44,728 nucleotides of DNA. It comes from Bdellovibrionales bacterium. Its GTDB lineage: Bacteria; Bdellovibrionota; Bdellovibrionia; Bdellovibrionales; UBA1609. The position numbers and the translations under genes are program-made. Positions 18,241 to 28,022 of the stretch are shown piece by piece. The notes under the pieces were generated by a model, which saw only the letters and a program-made list of their open reading frames with translations, had not been told where the DNA came from and did no database searches. The DNA lies in NCBI GenBank assembly GCA_051011135.1, contig JBPCUO010000026.1, positions 1 to 44,728 on the forward strand, written 5' to 3'. Each line of letters begins with the position of its first letter. Position 1 is the stretch's first letter.

Positions 18241-18531
18241 TTAATCTATAATGAAAGCTTTTCCATCTATAACTTGTATAATCTGTCCTTTTTTCTTTTC
18301 ATTTAAAGACTTTTGTTTTGCTAAGTTCTCCAGCCTTTCCGTTCGAACCAATTGACCATATTCTCTTAAATGAAAAAAGTATTCATCTTGCAGACGATCA
18401 AATTTTCTATTTTCCTGATACAAAGAGTAACTCAATCGCCTTAAAGTTATTTTTAAAAATGTCATCAAAAATAGAAGCAGAAGGATGCATAAAACACTAT
18501 AAAAAGGTTTCAAATTTTTTTCTCTTAACAT
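18241..18531 (-). CDS. ftsL: Cell division protein FtsL-like
   Basis: Short cytoplasmic tail, one TM, coiled coil ending ERLENLAK; lies between rsmH and ftsI. Confidence 0.75.
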   Translation of the reverse strand: MLREKNLKPFYSVLCILLLLFLMTFLKITLRRLSYSLYQENRKFDRLQDEYFFHLREYGQLVRTERLENLAKQKSLNEKKKGQIIQVIDGKAFIID

Positions 18532-18532
18532 T

Positions 18533-19462
18533 TTACCTCTTGCAAAAGACTCTCATTTTTGCACTACGACTTCTTGGGTTTGATTGTCTTTCTTCCTGTG
18601 AAGCTCTTATAACTTTTTTAAAAATTAAGCTGCCCTTTTCATCAGAAACAAAATCTTTAAAAGTTCTTTTAACAATACGATCTTCTAAAGAATGAAAACT
18701 AATCACAATAAAATAAGCTCCTGATCCAAGAAAAGGCAAAAAAGAAGGCAGGCTTTCTTTTAATCCTTCCAACTCTTGATTCACAAATAAACGAAGAGCT
18801 AAAAAATAAAGTGTCGCAGGGTGGCGACCCGAAAAGCCTCGAGAATGATGTTTTTGTATAATGTCCACTAACTCTTTAGTAGTTTCAAATTTTTTTTTCT
18901 TTCTTTGTTGAAAAATACTATCTACTACTGCAAAAGGTCTTTTAATTTCACCATAAGAAGAAAACAAATCCTCTAATTCTTTTTTTGAAAAACTATTTAC
19001 TATATCCGCTGCTGTTAATTTTTGACTCTGATCCATGCGCATATCTAAAGGCCCTTCGTTATTAAAACTAAATCCTCTTTGTGGAGATTCTAATTGAGGA
19101 GAGCTCACTCCTAAATCCATTAAAATAATATCAAATTCCTTTTTTTCTAAATAGTTCTTGGAAAAATCATGAAAATTCATTTTTAAGAAACGAGCCTTCT
19201 CGCCTAAATTTAAATTTTGACCATGATCAATCGCTTCTTGATCTCTATCTAATGCAACCAGATTTAAATCGGGATATTTTTTTAAAAGCTCTAAAGCATG
19301 GCCTCCTCGGCCAAAAGTACAATCCAAAAGATTTTTTGGAGAAAAATTTTCTGGAAAAAGAGATAACATTTCAGAAACTAAAACAGGTGTATGCTGGTAA
19401 CCAGTCTTTGAAATTTTTTGACTTATGTCTTGAGTGATTTCAAAACCTCCTACAAAACTCAA
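18533..19462 (-). CDS. rsmH: 16S rRNA m4C1402 methyltransferase (start uncertain)
   Basis: HTPVL, DCTFGRGGH, DLGVSSPQL, GPLDMRMD, ISFHSLEDRIVK, NPRSRSAKMR. Confidence 0.97.
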   Translation of the reverse strand: MSFVGGFEITQDISQKISKTGYQHTPVLVSEMLSLFPENFSPKNLLDCTFGRGGHALELLKKYPDLNLVALDRDQEAIDHGQNLNLGEKARFLKMNFHDFSKNYLEKKEFDIILMDLGVSSPQLESPQRGFSFNNEGPLDMRMDQSQKLTAADIVNSFSKKELEDLFSSYGEIKRPFAVVDSIFQQRKKKKFETTKELVDIIQKHHSRGFSGRHPATLYFLALRLFVNQELEGLKESLPSFLPFLGSGAYFIVISFHSLEDRIVKRTFKDFVSDEKGSLIFKKVIRASQEERQSNPRSRSAKMRVFCKR

Positions 19463-19513
19463 GTTTAATGTTATAAAATTTAAAAAAAAACATCAATGAA
19501 AAATATTAAAAAC

Positions 19514-19542
19514 TTGAAATAAAGATATATCTTTATTAGACT
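19514..19542 (+). promoter_or_regulatory. Sigma70 promoter of hpt containing a perfect 20-bp palindrome
   Basis: TTGAAA-N17-TAGACT; AATAAAGATATATCTTTATT (19518-19537) is self-complementary. Confidence 0.6.
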
Positions 19543-19566
19543 ATTATTTCTCATTGAGGTTTAATT

Positions 19567-20088
19567 ATGAAACATAAACTATTATTTTCAGAAGAAGAAA
19601 TTCAAAAAAAAGTTCAAGAATTATCTGATCAAATCATGCAATTCTATGGATCTCAAGAGATTTTAGCGATTGGTGTTTTAAAAGGAGCTTTTGTATTTTA
19701 CTCAGATCTTCTTAAATACTTAGGATCCAATGTGGTTTGTGATTTTATGTCTATTTCTTATTATGGAGACTCCAAGACAGCTTCTAAAGAGGCTTCTATT
19801 CATCTTGATGTCACTCAAAAAATAGAGAATAAAAAAATCCTCTTAATTGATTGTATCATTGATCAAGGTCGTACAATTCAAACTGCAAAAAAACATATTG
19901 AACAAAGAAATCCTGAATCCATTCATATTGTTGGTCTTGTTACAAAACCTGCCGCTCATAAAAATATCCAAGTTGATTTCTCAGGTTTTAAAATTGAACA
20001 AGATGCTTTTGTTATAGGTTATGGAATTGATTACAAAAATCAAGGACGCAACCTTCCTTATTTTGCTCAAGTTCTTGATCTTAATTAA
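19567..20088 (+). CDS. hpt: Hypoxanthine phosphoribosyltransferase (divergent PRPP motif)
   Basis: IGVLKGAFVFYSDL, FVIGYGIDY, GRNLPY; PRPP loop reads IDCIIDQGRT. Confidence 0.85.
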   Translation: MKHKLLFSEEEIQKKVQELSDQIMQFYGSQEILAIGVLKGAFVFYSDLLKYLGSNVVCDFMSISYYGDSKTASKEASIHLDVTQKIENKKILLIDCIIDQGRTIQTAKKHIEQRNPESIHIVGLVTKPAAHKNIQVDFSGFKIEQDAFVIGYGIDYKNQGRNLPYFAQVLDLN

Positions 20089-21499
20089 ATTCCTTAAAAA
20101 ATCTATTATTTTTTTTCCTTAAAAAATCTAGGATATCATCAAATAAACCCTTAGCTTGATCTCTATTTTTTGGAGATCCGTTATAAATAAAAGTAAATAG
20201 AATTCTTCGATTCTTTGGTAAAAGGATATAACCAGACAAGCCTAACACTCCAGAAATAGAACCTGTTTTTGCTCTTAAAATCTGAGAAAACTTAGGATGA
20301 TATTTTTTTTCTAAAGTCCCTACTCCACCGGCAATAGGATAAGAAACAAATATTTCAGGATGATAGAATCGAGAAAAATCATGTTCTAAAATTTTTTGAA
20401 AATGATTGACAGAAAAACGATTGTCTCGACTCAAACCAGAAGGTTCAACCATTTTATAATTTTTTAATCCTATCTGTTTTTTTAAATATTTATTAATCCA
20501 GTGAATACCCTGATCCAGATCTCCTTGTTTTTTCCCTAATCTTAAAGGAAGATAAGCCGTCAACATACGAGTCACAAAATTACTAGAATATTTCATCATG
20601 TTATAAGAATGAAATGCAAAAGCACGACTTTTAAAAGTTGCTAAAGTTTTGCATTTAGAACAACTTCCTTTTTTGACTCGCCCTCTTACAATAATACCTC
20701 TTTGTTTTAAAAAGTTTTTTAAATTATGACCCATCCAAAAAGAAGGGTTTTGAGTGTTTGTATATTTAACAATCTCTTTACTTTTATGAGAAATGGTTCC
20801 TGTAAATAAAAAAGTTTCTCCTTTTGAAGAGTATTTAATTCTTTTTAAAGAAATATTATTTTTAGAACGAGAAGTTGTTTTAATTTTATTAATGATTTTT
20901 ATAAAATCATTTTCAGGATCTAAATGAATCTGAGCTAAAGAATTTACTTTAGAATTTGGCCTAATCCAAAAAGTTAATGAATTCCAATTAAAAGAAGCAG
21001 CATTAACAGGCGCTGTATAACTTCTATCGGTATAAGGTAAAAAATAAGTTTTTTTGAAAAGAGTATCATCAATCACTAAATCCCCTTTAATCTCTTTAAT
21101 ACCTGTTCGAACAAAATTATTAACCAATTTCCACAAGCTTTCTGAAGTGAACCCCGGATCCCCTGATCCTTTAATAAATAAATCTCCCTCAAGTTGATTT
21201 TTATTGATTGAAGCAGAAGATACTAAAACAGTTTTAAATCTAAAATAAGAAGGGTAATAATAATAAAAAGCAGATAAAACAGCGACTTTTGCTAAAGAAG
21301 CGGGAATAAAAAGCTGATTTTCATTAAGTTGATATAAAACTTTTTTTTTCGGAACTTCTTGAGTAAGACTTAAACCCAAAGACTCAAGAGGCAAACCTCT
21401 TTTTTGAATCCATCTATTCATTTTCTTATCAAGAGGATTTTTTGCATAACTCAACAAGGAAAATGAAAAAAGGAATAAAATAAGAATTTTTCTATGCAT
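20081..21499 (-). CDS. dacB: D-Ala-D-Ala carboxypeptidase/endopeptidase PBP4 (peptidase S13)
   Basis: PASLAK (SxxK), GSGDP, YSSN (SxN), SGLSR, AKTGS; signal peptide. Confidence 0.93.
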   Translation of the reverse strand: MHRKILILFLFSFSLLSYAKNPLDKKMNRWIQKRGLPLESLGLSLTQEVPKKKVLYQLNENQLFIPASLAKVAVLSAFYYYYPSYFRFKTVLVSSASINKNQLEGDLFIKGSGDPGFTSESLWKLVNNFVRTGIKEIKGDLVIDDTLFKKTYFLPYTDRSYTAPVNAASFNWNSLTFWIRPNSKVNSLAQIHLDPENDFIKIINKIKTTSRSKNNISLKRIKYSSKGETFLFTGTISHKSKEIVKYTNTQNPSFWMGHNLKNFLKQRGIIVRGRVKKGSCSKCKTLATFKSRAFAFHSYNMMKYSSNFVTRMLTAYLPLRLGKKQGDLDQGIHWINKYLKKQIGLKNYKMVEPSGLSRDNRFSVNHFQKILEHDFSRFYHPEIFVSYPIAGGVGTLEKKYHPKFSQILRAKTGSISGVLGLSGYILLPKNRRILFTFIYNGSPKNRDQAKGLFDDILDFLRKKNNRFFKEFN

Positions 21500-21555
21500 A
21501 TTCGTATTATACCTATTGAAAGTCTAAAAGAAACCTCTTAGAGTAAAAACTTATA

Positions 21556-23034
21556 ATGAGACTTTATATTTGTTTATTTTTATTAACTTTATGCCACTGC
21601 GAAAAACAAAAACTTTCTAAAGATACACTCTATGTTGCTTTAGATGCAGAGGTAAAAAATTTAGATCCTCGGACAGCGACAGATGCAAACAGCATGAGAA
21701 TTTCTGAGCTTATTTTTTCTGGGCTTGTTAAAATAGGACCTCAGTTAAAAGTTCTTCCTGATAGCGCCTACAAATGGGAACAAAAAAATTTAGATTATAT
21801 CTTCTACCTTAAACCTCTCAAATTCTCTAATGGACGATCCGTTACAAAAAAAGATCTATTATTTAGTTTTAATGAGTTTATGCGGAAAGGAAGTCCCTTT
21901 TTTTCAGCTTTTAAACAAATCCAATCGGTTCAAGTTTCAAAACAAAAAGAAAATTGGATTGTTAAAATCAGACTCAAAGAATTTTCTGCAACTTTTTTAT
22001 CTTCAGATCTACCAGTGATTAAAATTTTACCTCAACTTGAAATTATGAAATCGAAAAAAGATTTTTTAAAATCTCCTATAGGCTCGGGCTCTTATAAGGT
22101 TGTTCATAAAAACTCAAGAGAGCTTTTATTAAAAAGAAGACACGCTTTGCCTCATAAACCTGATTATTTATCTTTCCAGTTTATTAGAGATAGTTTTACT
22201 CGAACACAAAAAATGCTAACGGGGCAAATAGATATCTCTCCCTCTGTAATTCCCTTAGATAAAATACATCGATTTCCAAAAGATAAATTTCAAATTCTAA
22301 CTCAAGCGAGCTTATCTACAACTTACCTGCTTTTAAATTTAAAAAATAATCTTCTTAAAAATAAAGAAGTGAGACGAGCTTTATCTCTTTCTTTAAATAA
22401 AAAAGAGATTATCAAGTACAAACTCAAAGGCTTTGGAATTCCTGCTTTATCTATTCTTCAACCTGAAAACAGATTCTTTAATCCTGCTTTAAAAGCTTAT
22501 CCCTATGACCTTCATCAATCTCAAAAAATTATTGAAAAATTAAATTTAAAAGGCAAAGTCTTAAAACTTACAACAACTAATAATCGAGATTCTATTAACA
22601 AAGCAAAAATCTTATCCAATCAAATAAAGCAATCTGGATTAAATATCCAGATAGAACAATATGAATGGGGAACTTTTTATAAAGATCTTAATCGAGGTCA
22701 TTATCAAATCGCTCTTATGAAATGGGTTGGAATTACAGATCCAGATATTTATCGAATTGCTTTTCATAGCGAAAACCAAGCTCCTCAAGGCAGAAATAGA
22801 AGTTTTTATAGTGATAAAAATATGGATCAACTTTTAGAAACAGGTTTAAAATTAAAAGATCAAAATAAAAGAAAAAATATTTATAATAAAATTCAACGGC
22901 AAATTTTTAAAGATATCGCTATTATTCCTTTATGGCATGATATGGAAGTATCTATTTTAAAGAAAAATATTAAAAATTATCAATTATTCATGAATGGAAG
23001 CTTGCTTGCTTTAGAACAGGTTTCCAAAGAATAG
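21556..23034 (+). CDS. ABC transporter substrate-binding protein, family 5 (OppA/DppA-like), probable lipoprotein
   Basis: NLDPR, LIFSGLV, FSNG..VT..D, PIGSGSYKV, VRRALSL; no permease genes adjacent. Confidence 0.9.
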   Translation: MRLYICLFLLTLCHCEKQKLSKDTLYVALDAEVKNLDPRTATDANSMRISELIFSGLVKIGPQLKVLPDSAYKWEQKNLDYIFYLKPLKFSNGRSVTKKDLLFSFNEFMRKGSPFFSAFKQIQSVQVSKQKENWIVKIRLKEFSATFLSSDLPVIKILPQLEIMKSKKDFLKSPIGSGSYKVVHKNSRELLLKRRHALPHKPDYLSFQFIRDSFTRTQKMLTGQIDISPSVIPLDKIHRFPKDKFQILTQASLSTTYLLLNLKNNLLKNKEVRRALSLSLNKKEIIKYKLKGFGIPALSILQPENRFFNPALKAYPYDLHQSQKIIEKLNLKGKVLKLTTTNNRDSINKAKILSNQIKQSGLNIQIEQYEWGTFYKDLNRGHYQIALMKWVGITDPDIYRIAFHSENQAPQGRNRSFYSDKNMDQLLETGLKLKDQNKRKNIYNKIQRQIFKDIAIIPLWHDMEVSILKKNIKNYQLFMNGSLLALEQVSKE

Positions 23035-23037
23035 ATA

Positions 23038-23367
23038 TTAAGAAAAATCTTTTTCTTGTAAAGAATTAATAGAAGATAACAGATTAGAATGCGCTTGGGA
23101 TCTTAAACCTGTGTATTTTTCTAATTGCTGTAAGCGAGTTTTCATCATCTCTTTTTCCGCTTCCATTTTTTTCATTCTGATATACATATCATCTGCTGAT
23201 TTTTCAAAAGAGAGTCTAAGAGTTTCTAAAAGATGTATTGTTCTTTCACTTTGATGATTTAAAGTTCTGATATGACGAGCAATACGCGAAGAACGCATTT
23301 GAAAAAACTTCCAAATCAAATAACAAAAAGGAAATTGAATACTAATTAAAAATATAAAATATTCCAT
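23038..23367 (-). CDS. Hypothetical membrane-anchored coiled-coil protein
   Basis: N-terminal hydrophobic stretch, helical charged C-terminus; GAGG RBS and TGgCATAAT upstream. Confidence 0.6.
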   Translation of the reverse strand: MEYFIFLISIQFPFCYLIWKFFQMRSSRIARHIRTLNHQSERTIHLLETLRLSFEKSADDMYIRMKKMEAEKEMMKTRLQQLEKYTGLRSQAHSNLLSSINSLQEKDFS

Positions 23368-23434
23368 ACGAAACCTCTTTTTCGATTATGCCAATGAATA
23401 TCTTTTATTGCACAAAAAAGCAGGTTTTAACAAG

Positions 23435-24631
23435 CTATGTCAAATCTGAAACAAACTCAGAAAGCCGAGAAATAGCTTTTTTAAGGATTTCTTTTTTCAA
23501 TCCATAAGTAAATCTTAAATACCCAGGAGTTCCAAATTCTTCTCCCGGTAAGCAGACAAGATATTTTTCTTCTAATAAAAGATTCATGACATCTTTAGAA
23601 GATTGAATTTTAAAATCTTTATATTTTTTCCCCACGAGACCCTGAACTCCAACCCATAAATAAAAAGCTCCTTTTGAAGGATGCACTTTAAGAAGAGGTA
23701 TTTTTTGAAGACCTTGTGAAAAAAAGTCCCTTAATTCTTTTAATTCTGAAACCATATTTTTTAAATCTTTCTGACAAAGATGCAAGCTATCTTCTGCCGC
23801 TTTTTGCGCTATGGAATTAACACAACTGATAGATTGGCTTTGAAAAGAAGAAACAATCTTAATAAAATCAGCAGGGCCAAAAACCCAACCTAATCTCCAA
23901 CCTGTCATAAGATAATTTTTAGAAGCTCCATTAACAGCAATCACTCGATCTTTGAGATCAGGACAAACACTATAAAAATGAGGAGCTCGATCCCCTGAGA
24001 AAACAATTTGATCATAAATATCATCTGTCACTATCAGAACTTGAGGATGTTTTTTAAGAACCTCTCCTAATTCTTTTAATTCCTCTTCTGTGTGAATGGA
24101 ACTTGTAGGATTATTGGGAGAGTTTAAAAGAAAGATTTTTGTTTTTGGAGTGATTGCTTTTTCTAATTGCGATGCTGTAATTTTGAAATGAGTCTTTTCA
24201 TCTGTAGGAACAATGACAGATCGAGCTCCACTGAGTCCAATAATGTCAGGATAACTCATCCAATAAGGAGCTTGAAAAACAACTTCATCATCAGGGTTAC
24301 AAAGAGTTTGAAAAATAACAAAGAGAGCATATTTACAACCTGCTGAAATAGCAACATTGCTCATTTTAATATCCCAATTATAAATAGAAGAAAACTGGTT
24401 AGCAATTTGTTCTCTAAAAGATTCTCGACCAGCAGAGCCTGTGTATTTTGTATAATTTTCATCAATGGCTTTTTTGCCAGCCGCTTTAATAGGCTCGTAA
24501 GTTCCTTTATCCAGTTCGCCAACAGATAAGCTGATAATATCTTTTCCTTCCGCTTTCATTTGCTTAGATTTTTTTAAAAGTTCAAAAACAGGAGAAGGTC
24601 TTAAGCCACTAACTCTTTTAGAAAATTTCAA
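23435..24631 (-). CDS. aspC: PLP-dependent aminotransferase class I (aspartate aminotransferase-like)
   Basis: PYWMSY, NSPNNPT, DDIY, SKNYLMTGWRLG (PLP lysine); TTG start. Confidence 0.9.
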   Translation of the reverse strand: MKFSKRVSGLRPSPVFELLKKSKQMKAEGKDIISLSVGELDKGTYEPIKAAGKKAIDENYTKYTGSAGRESFREQIANQFSSIYNWDIKMSNVAISAGCKYALFVIFQTLCNPDDEVVFQAPYWMSYPDIIGLSGARSVIVPTDEKTHFKITASQLEKAITPKTKIFLLNSPNNPTSSIHTEEELKELGEVLKKHPQVLIVTDDIYDQIVFSGDRAPHFYSVCPDLKDRVIAVNGASKNYLMTGWRLGWVFGPADFIKIVSSFQSQSISCVNSIAQKAAEDSLHLCQKDLKNMVSELKELRDFFSQGLQKIPLLKVHPSKGAFYLWVGVQGLVGKKYKDFKIQSSKDVMNLLLEEKYLVCLPGEEFGTPGYLRFTYGLKKEILKKAISRLSEFVSDLT

Positions 24632-24670
24632 AATATCACCCTTTGAGATTTGTTTTGATTTAAATAAGCG

Positions 24671-25231
24671 TTACTTTCTTGCTTCATAAAACCATATCTT
24701 TTTATCATTAAAATCTTTTTTTGAAAAGAGGTAAAAACAAGAGTAACGATCTTTTAAATTCTCTTTATCACTTGTTTCTAAAACAAAAATAGTTCCTACA
24801 ATATAAAGATGACTGGAAACTAATGTTTCTAATATTTTTTCTCCACATTCTAGAGGAAAGGGAGGATCGGCAATAATAATATGAAAAGGCCCTAATCTTG
24901 ATTTTTTTAAAAAATCAAAAACATCACTTTTATGCACCATAAGCTGACGAGGATTTTTTAATTTTTTTTGATTTTCTTTTATAATTTTTATGGAATGCTT
25001 ACTCATCTCTACAGCGTGAGCTTCTTTTGCTCCTCGTGAAAGAGCCTCCATGGATAAACTTCCTGTGCCTGAAAATAAATCTAAAAATAAAACATCTTTA
25101 TTAAAATAAGCTTGTAACACATTAAAGACAGTCTCTTTAACCCGATCTGTCATTGGTCGAATAGAAAATCTTTCGGAAGATTTCCAAGACACTAATTTCA
25201 AACCTTTTAATGCTCCTGCAATAACTCTCAT
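24671..25231 (-). CDS. rsmD: 16S rRNA m2G966 methyltransferase
   Basis: MRVIAG..KG, RPMTDRVKETVFN, LDLFSGTGS, EALSRGA, ADPPF. Confidence 0.95.
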   Translation of the reverse strand: MRVIAGALKGLKLVSWKSSERFSIRPMTDRVKETVFNVLQAYFNKDVLFLDLFSGTGSLSMEALSRGAKEAHAVEMSKHSIKIIKENQKKLKNPRQLMVHKSDVFDFLKKSRLGPFHIIIADPPFPLECGEKILETLVSSHLYIVGTIFVLETSDKENLKDRYSCFYLFSKKDFNDKKIWFYEARK

Positions 25232-25608
25232 TGTTTTAATTTTTTTTGAACGAGATTCTCTCCCTGTTGAACCAATAAATAAATATCCTCAAAAGGTTTT
25301 TTAACAAAAAGATCTACTTTTGTCTCTTTAATTTTTTGATCATCTAAATCATCATGAGCAGACATCATAACAATTTTTGCTTTTGATTTTTTTGGTTTCT
25401 CTCTTAAAACACCAAATCCATCTTTGCGAGGCATAAGAACATCTAAAAAAACCAGATCCGGATTAAATTTTTTCCAAATTTTAAGAGCTTCTACTCCATC
25501 TAAAGCTCCTTTAACGAGATGGCCTCGGCTTTGAAGAGCTAATTTAAATATTTTTTGAATCAAAACTTCATCATCTATGATTAAAACATTCAAAGGCTTT
25601 TGTTTCAT
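25228..25608 (-). CDS. Single-domain response regulator (CheY-like receiver)
   Basis: IIDDE, FLDVLMP, SA, KKPF. Confidence 0.92.
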   Translation of the reverse strand: MKQKPLNVLIIDDEVLIQKIFKLALQSRGHLVKGALDGVEALKIWKKFNPDLVFLDVLMPRKDGFGVLREKPKKSKAKIVMMSAHDDLDDQKIKETKVDLFVKKPFEDIYLLVQQGENLVQKKLKQ

Positions 25609-27083
25609 TTGTTATTAACCTGACAAGGAAGACTAATTGAAAAACAAGTCCAATCCTTGAATTCTTTACAAAGCTCAAGCTCTCCTCCATATTTACGAAC
25701 AATTTGACGAGAAATTCCCAAACCTAAACCTGTACCCTCTCCCTCTTTTTTAGTTGTCCATAAAGGTTGAAAGATTTTTTCCAAATATCTGTGTTGAATT
25801 CCTGGTCCATTATCTCTGATTTGTAAAATCACCTTGGAATCTTGTTGATCTAAATGAATAATAATTTTTGACTGCTCTTGTTTTTTACAATCTTTAAGAG
25901 CCTGACAAGAATTAATAATGAGATTATAAATCACTTGTTGTAATGCTGAAAAGTCTCCTACTACTTTTTGACTTTTTGAAAAATTTTTCAATTCTATTTC
26001 AATCCCAGAAGTCATTGTTTTAAGAAGAGGGAGCGTATCTTTCACCACTTCATTTAAACAACAGTAACAAAAATCTTGTTTTTTTTGTTGAGAAAAAGTC
26101 AGAAGATTATCTATAATTTTTTGAGATCTTGCTGTCGCTTGTTCCACAGCTTTAAAATCTTCAGAAAACATTTTTAAACTTTCATAATGAGATAAAATTT
26201 GAGACATAGATCGAATTCCTGTTAAAGGATTATTTAATTCATGAGCAATATTTCTTCCTAACTCATAAAAAGCAGACATCTTTTCGCTTTGAAAAAATTT
26301 TTCTTTTAAATCGTAATGGACTGTCATGTCCTGACAATAAAAAATACCAACATCTTTAAAATCTCTTAATTCAGGAATGGGATAATAATGAATTTGATAA
26401 ATTTTATTTTTAACATTTAATAGTTTTGGATTTTTTTTCAAATCTAATAATTGAGGATAGCTGCTGATAAGATGATCAAAGGGATGATTAGATTTCATCA
26501 CTTGAGAATCTTTTAAAATCGCTAAAGGCTCTCCGTATTTTCCAAAGACAGAACTCCATAGATAAGAAATAAGAGATACACTTGTATTCAAAAGAATACG
26601 ATTTAAAACTAACTCTAATAAATCTTGGACTTCACGCAAATACTCCTGAAGATTTGTATCTTTTGGAGAGGCTTGAAGTATTTCTAAAAATAAACATGGT
26701 TTTACAGAACCATAAAAAGCAATTTGAGAAGAAAGGAAAAAGGGGCATTGAATCATTTTATGAAAAATCCGTCCCATTTCTTGTGTGACATAATAAGTTT
26801 CTTTTTTAGAAGCATAATCAATGCAAGGAGGAACAGACCAAATATTTTTAACAGCCTCTTCATAAAACATACCAGATCTTATATAAGCTCTTCTTAAACC
26901 AAATTGTTTAGATTCATAAAATAAAATAACCTCTCCTATTTTAAATTTTTTAGGAAGATGAGCGGTTAAAAAAAGAAGGAATTCTTCAATCGTAGAAACT
27001 TTGCAAATTTTTTCGCTAAAAGAAAATAAAGATCGTCGATCTTTAGAAGAAGTCATTTGAATATTTTCTACTAACTTAGCCAT
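25605..27083 (-). CDS. Sensor histidine kinase (NtrB-like, no clear TM)
   Basis: AHELNNPL (H box), NLIINS (N), DNGPGI (G1), TTK..G.GTGLGL (G2). Confidence 0.93.
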   Translation of the reverse strand: MAKLVENIQMTSSKDRRSLFSFSEKICKVSTIEEFLLFLTAHLPKKFKIGEVILFYESKQFGLRRAYIRSGMFYEEAVKNIWSVPPCIDYASKKETYYVTQEMGRIFHKMIQCPFFLSSQIAFYGSVKPCLFLEILQASPKDTNLQEYLREVQDLLELVLNRILLNTSVSLISYLWSSVFGKYGEPLAILKDSQVMKSNHPFDHLISSYPQLLDLKKNPKLLNVKNKIYQIHYYPIPELRDFKDVGIFYCQDMTVHYDLKEKFFQSEKMSAFYELGRNIAHELNNPLTGIRSMSQILSHYESLKMFSEDFKAVEQATARSQKIIDNLLTFSQQKKQDFCYCCLNEVVKDTLPLLKTMTSGIEIELKNFSKSQKVVGDFSALQQVIYNLIINSCQALKDCKKQEQSKIIIHLDQQDSKVILQIRDNGPGIQHRYLEKIFQPLWTTKKEGEGTGLGLGISRQIVRKYGGELELCKEFKDWTCFSISLPCQVNNK

Positions 27084-27179
27084 CTTTATCTATGTTAATA
27101 GATTTCATTTATTCCTTCTTCAAGATACGAATTTAGAAATAAGAAAGAAGCAGGAAACAAGACTTCTGTCTAAATTGTT

Positions 27180-27872
27180 TTAGATAGAGAATTTGAAATG
27201 ATCTTCAATAGGAGATGCTTTCTTATAAGAAGTCCATTTTTCTTTTAAATAAGAAGCTTTGGAATAATGAGGATCTAAATCTAAACAACGAGATAAGCAC
27301 CCTATAGCAATTTCTTTATCTTCTAAAAAATATCTACTGATGGCCAAGCCTAGCCATGCTTGTTTCGATTCAGGAAATGTTTTAACAAGTTTCTCAAAAA
27401 GATTTTCTGATTCTTTATAATTTTTTTCTTTTATCTTTAAAAGTCCTCTATGGAATTGAAGAGATAAAGAATGTGGATTTAAAGTATAAGCTTTATTATA
27501 GTACTCTTCAGCCATAGGGTAGTTTTTATCCCAAACATAAATATGACCAAGATATTTATGAATTTTATAGAGTATAAAACAAGGCTCTGAAATGTATCGA
27601 ATAGCCTCTAAAAAACACTCCTCAGCATCTTTAGATTTAAATTGATTCATCAAAGCATTTCCCAAACAAAAAAGATCTATAACTTTTTTTCTTCTTTCTA
27701 ATAAACAAGAAAAAATATTTTCAGCAATATCCCAATAACGATTTTCTAAAGCGAGAAAACCTCCCCATTCTAAAATTCGATTATCAGCCGTATCATCTTC
27801 TAAAAGTTTTCTTAAAAAACTTTCTTGATCTTCTGGAGACGTAAATTTCTTTTTATTTTTATCACTATTCAT
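27180..27872 (-). CDS. Tetratricopeptide-repeat protein
   Basis: LGHIY...AEEYYNKAYTLNP, AWLGLA...CLDLDP TPR patterns. Confidence 0.85.
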   Translation of the reverse strand: MNSDKNKKKFTSPEDQESFLRKLLEDDTADNRILEWGGFLALENRYWDIAENIFSCLLERRKKVIDLFCLGNALMNQFKSKDAEECFLEAIRYISEPCFILYKIHKYLGHIYVWDKNYPMAEEYYNKAYTLNPHSLSLQFHRGLLKIKEKNYKESENLFEKLVKTFPESKQAWLGLAISRYFLEDKEIAIGCLSRCLDLDPHYSKASYLKEKWTSYKKASPIEDHFKFSI

Positions 27873-27884
27873 ACTTCTATATTA

Positions 27885-27900
27885 TGCAATTTTTATGCCA
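27885..27900 (-). promoter_or_regulatory. Sigma54-type -24/-12 promoter
   Basis: Minus strand TGGCATAAAAATTGCA, close to consensus TGGCAC-N5-TTGCW; 12 nt before the TPR ATG. Confidence 0.65.
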
Positions 27901-28022
27901 AAAAAAATCAGGACTTTAAACTTAAAATCACGCCCTTTTTCATCTTAAAAGATCAAAAAAATGACATTTTACCCTAAGGGGTTTTGACAGTTTGATAGAT
28001 AGCAAACTCTAGGCTTAGAAAT

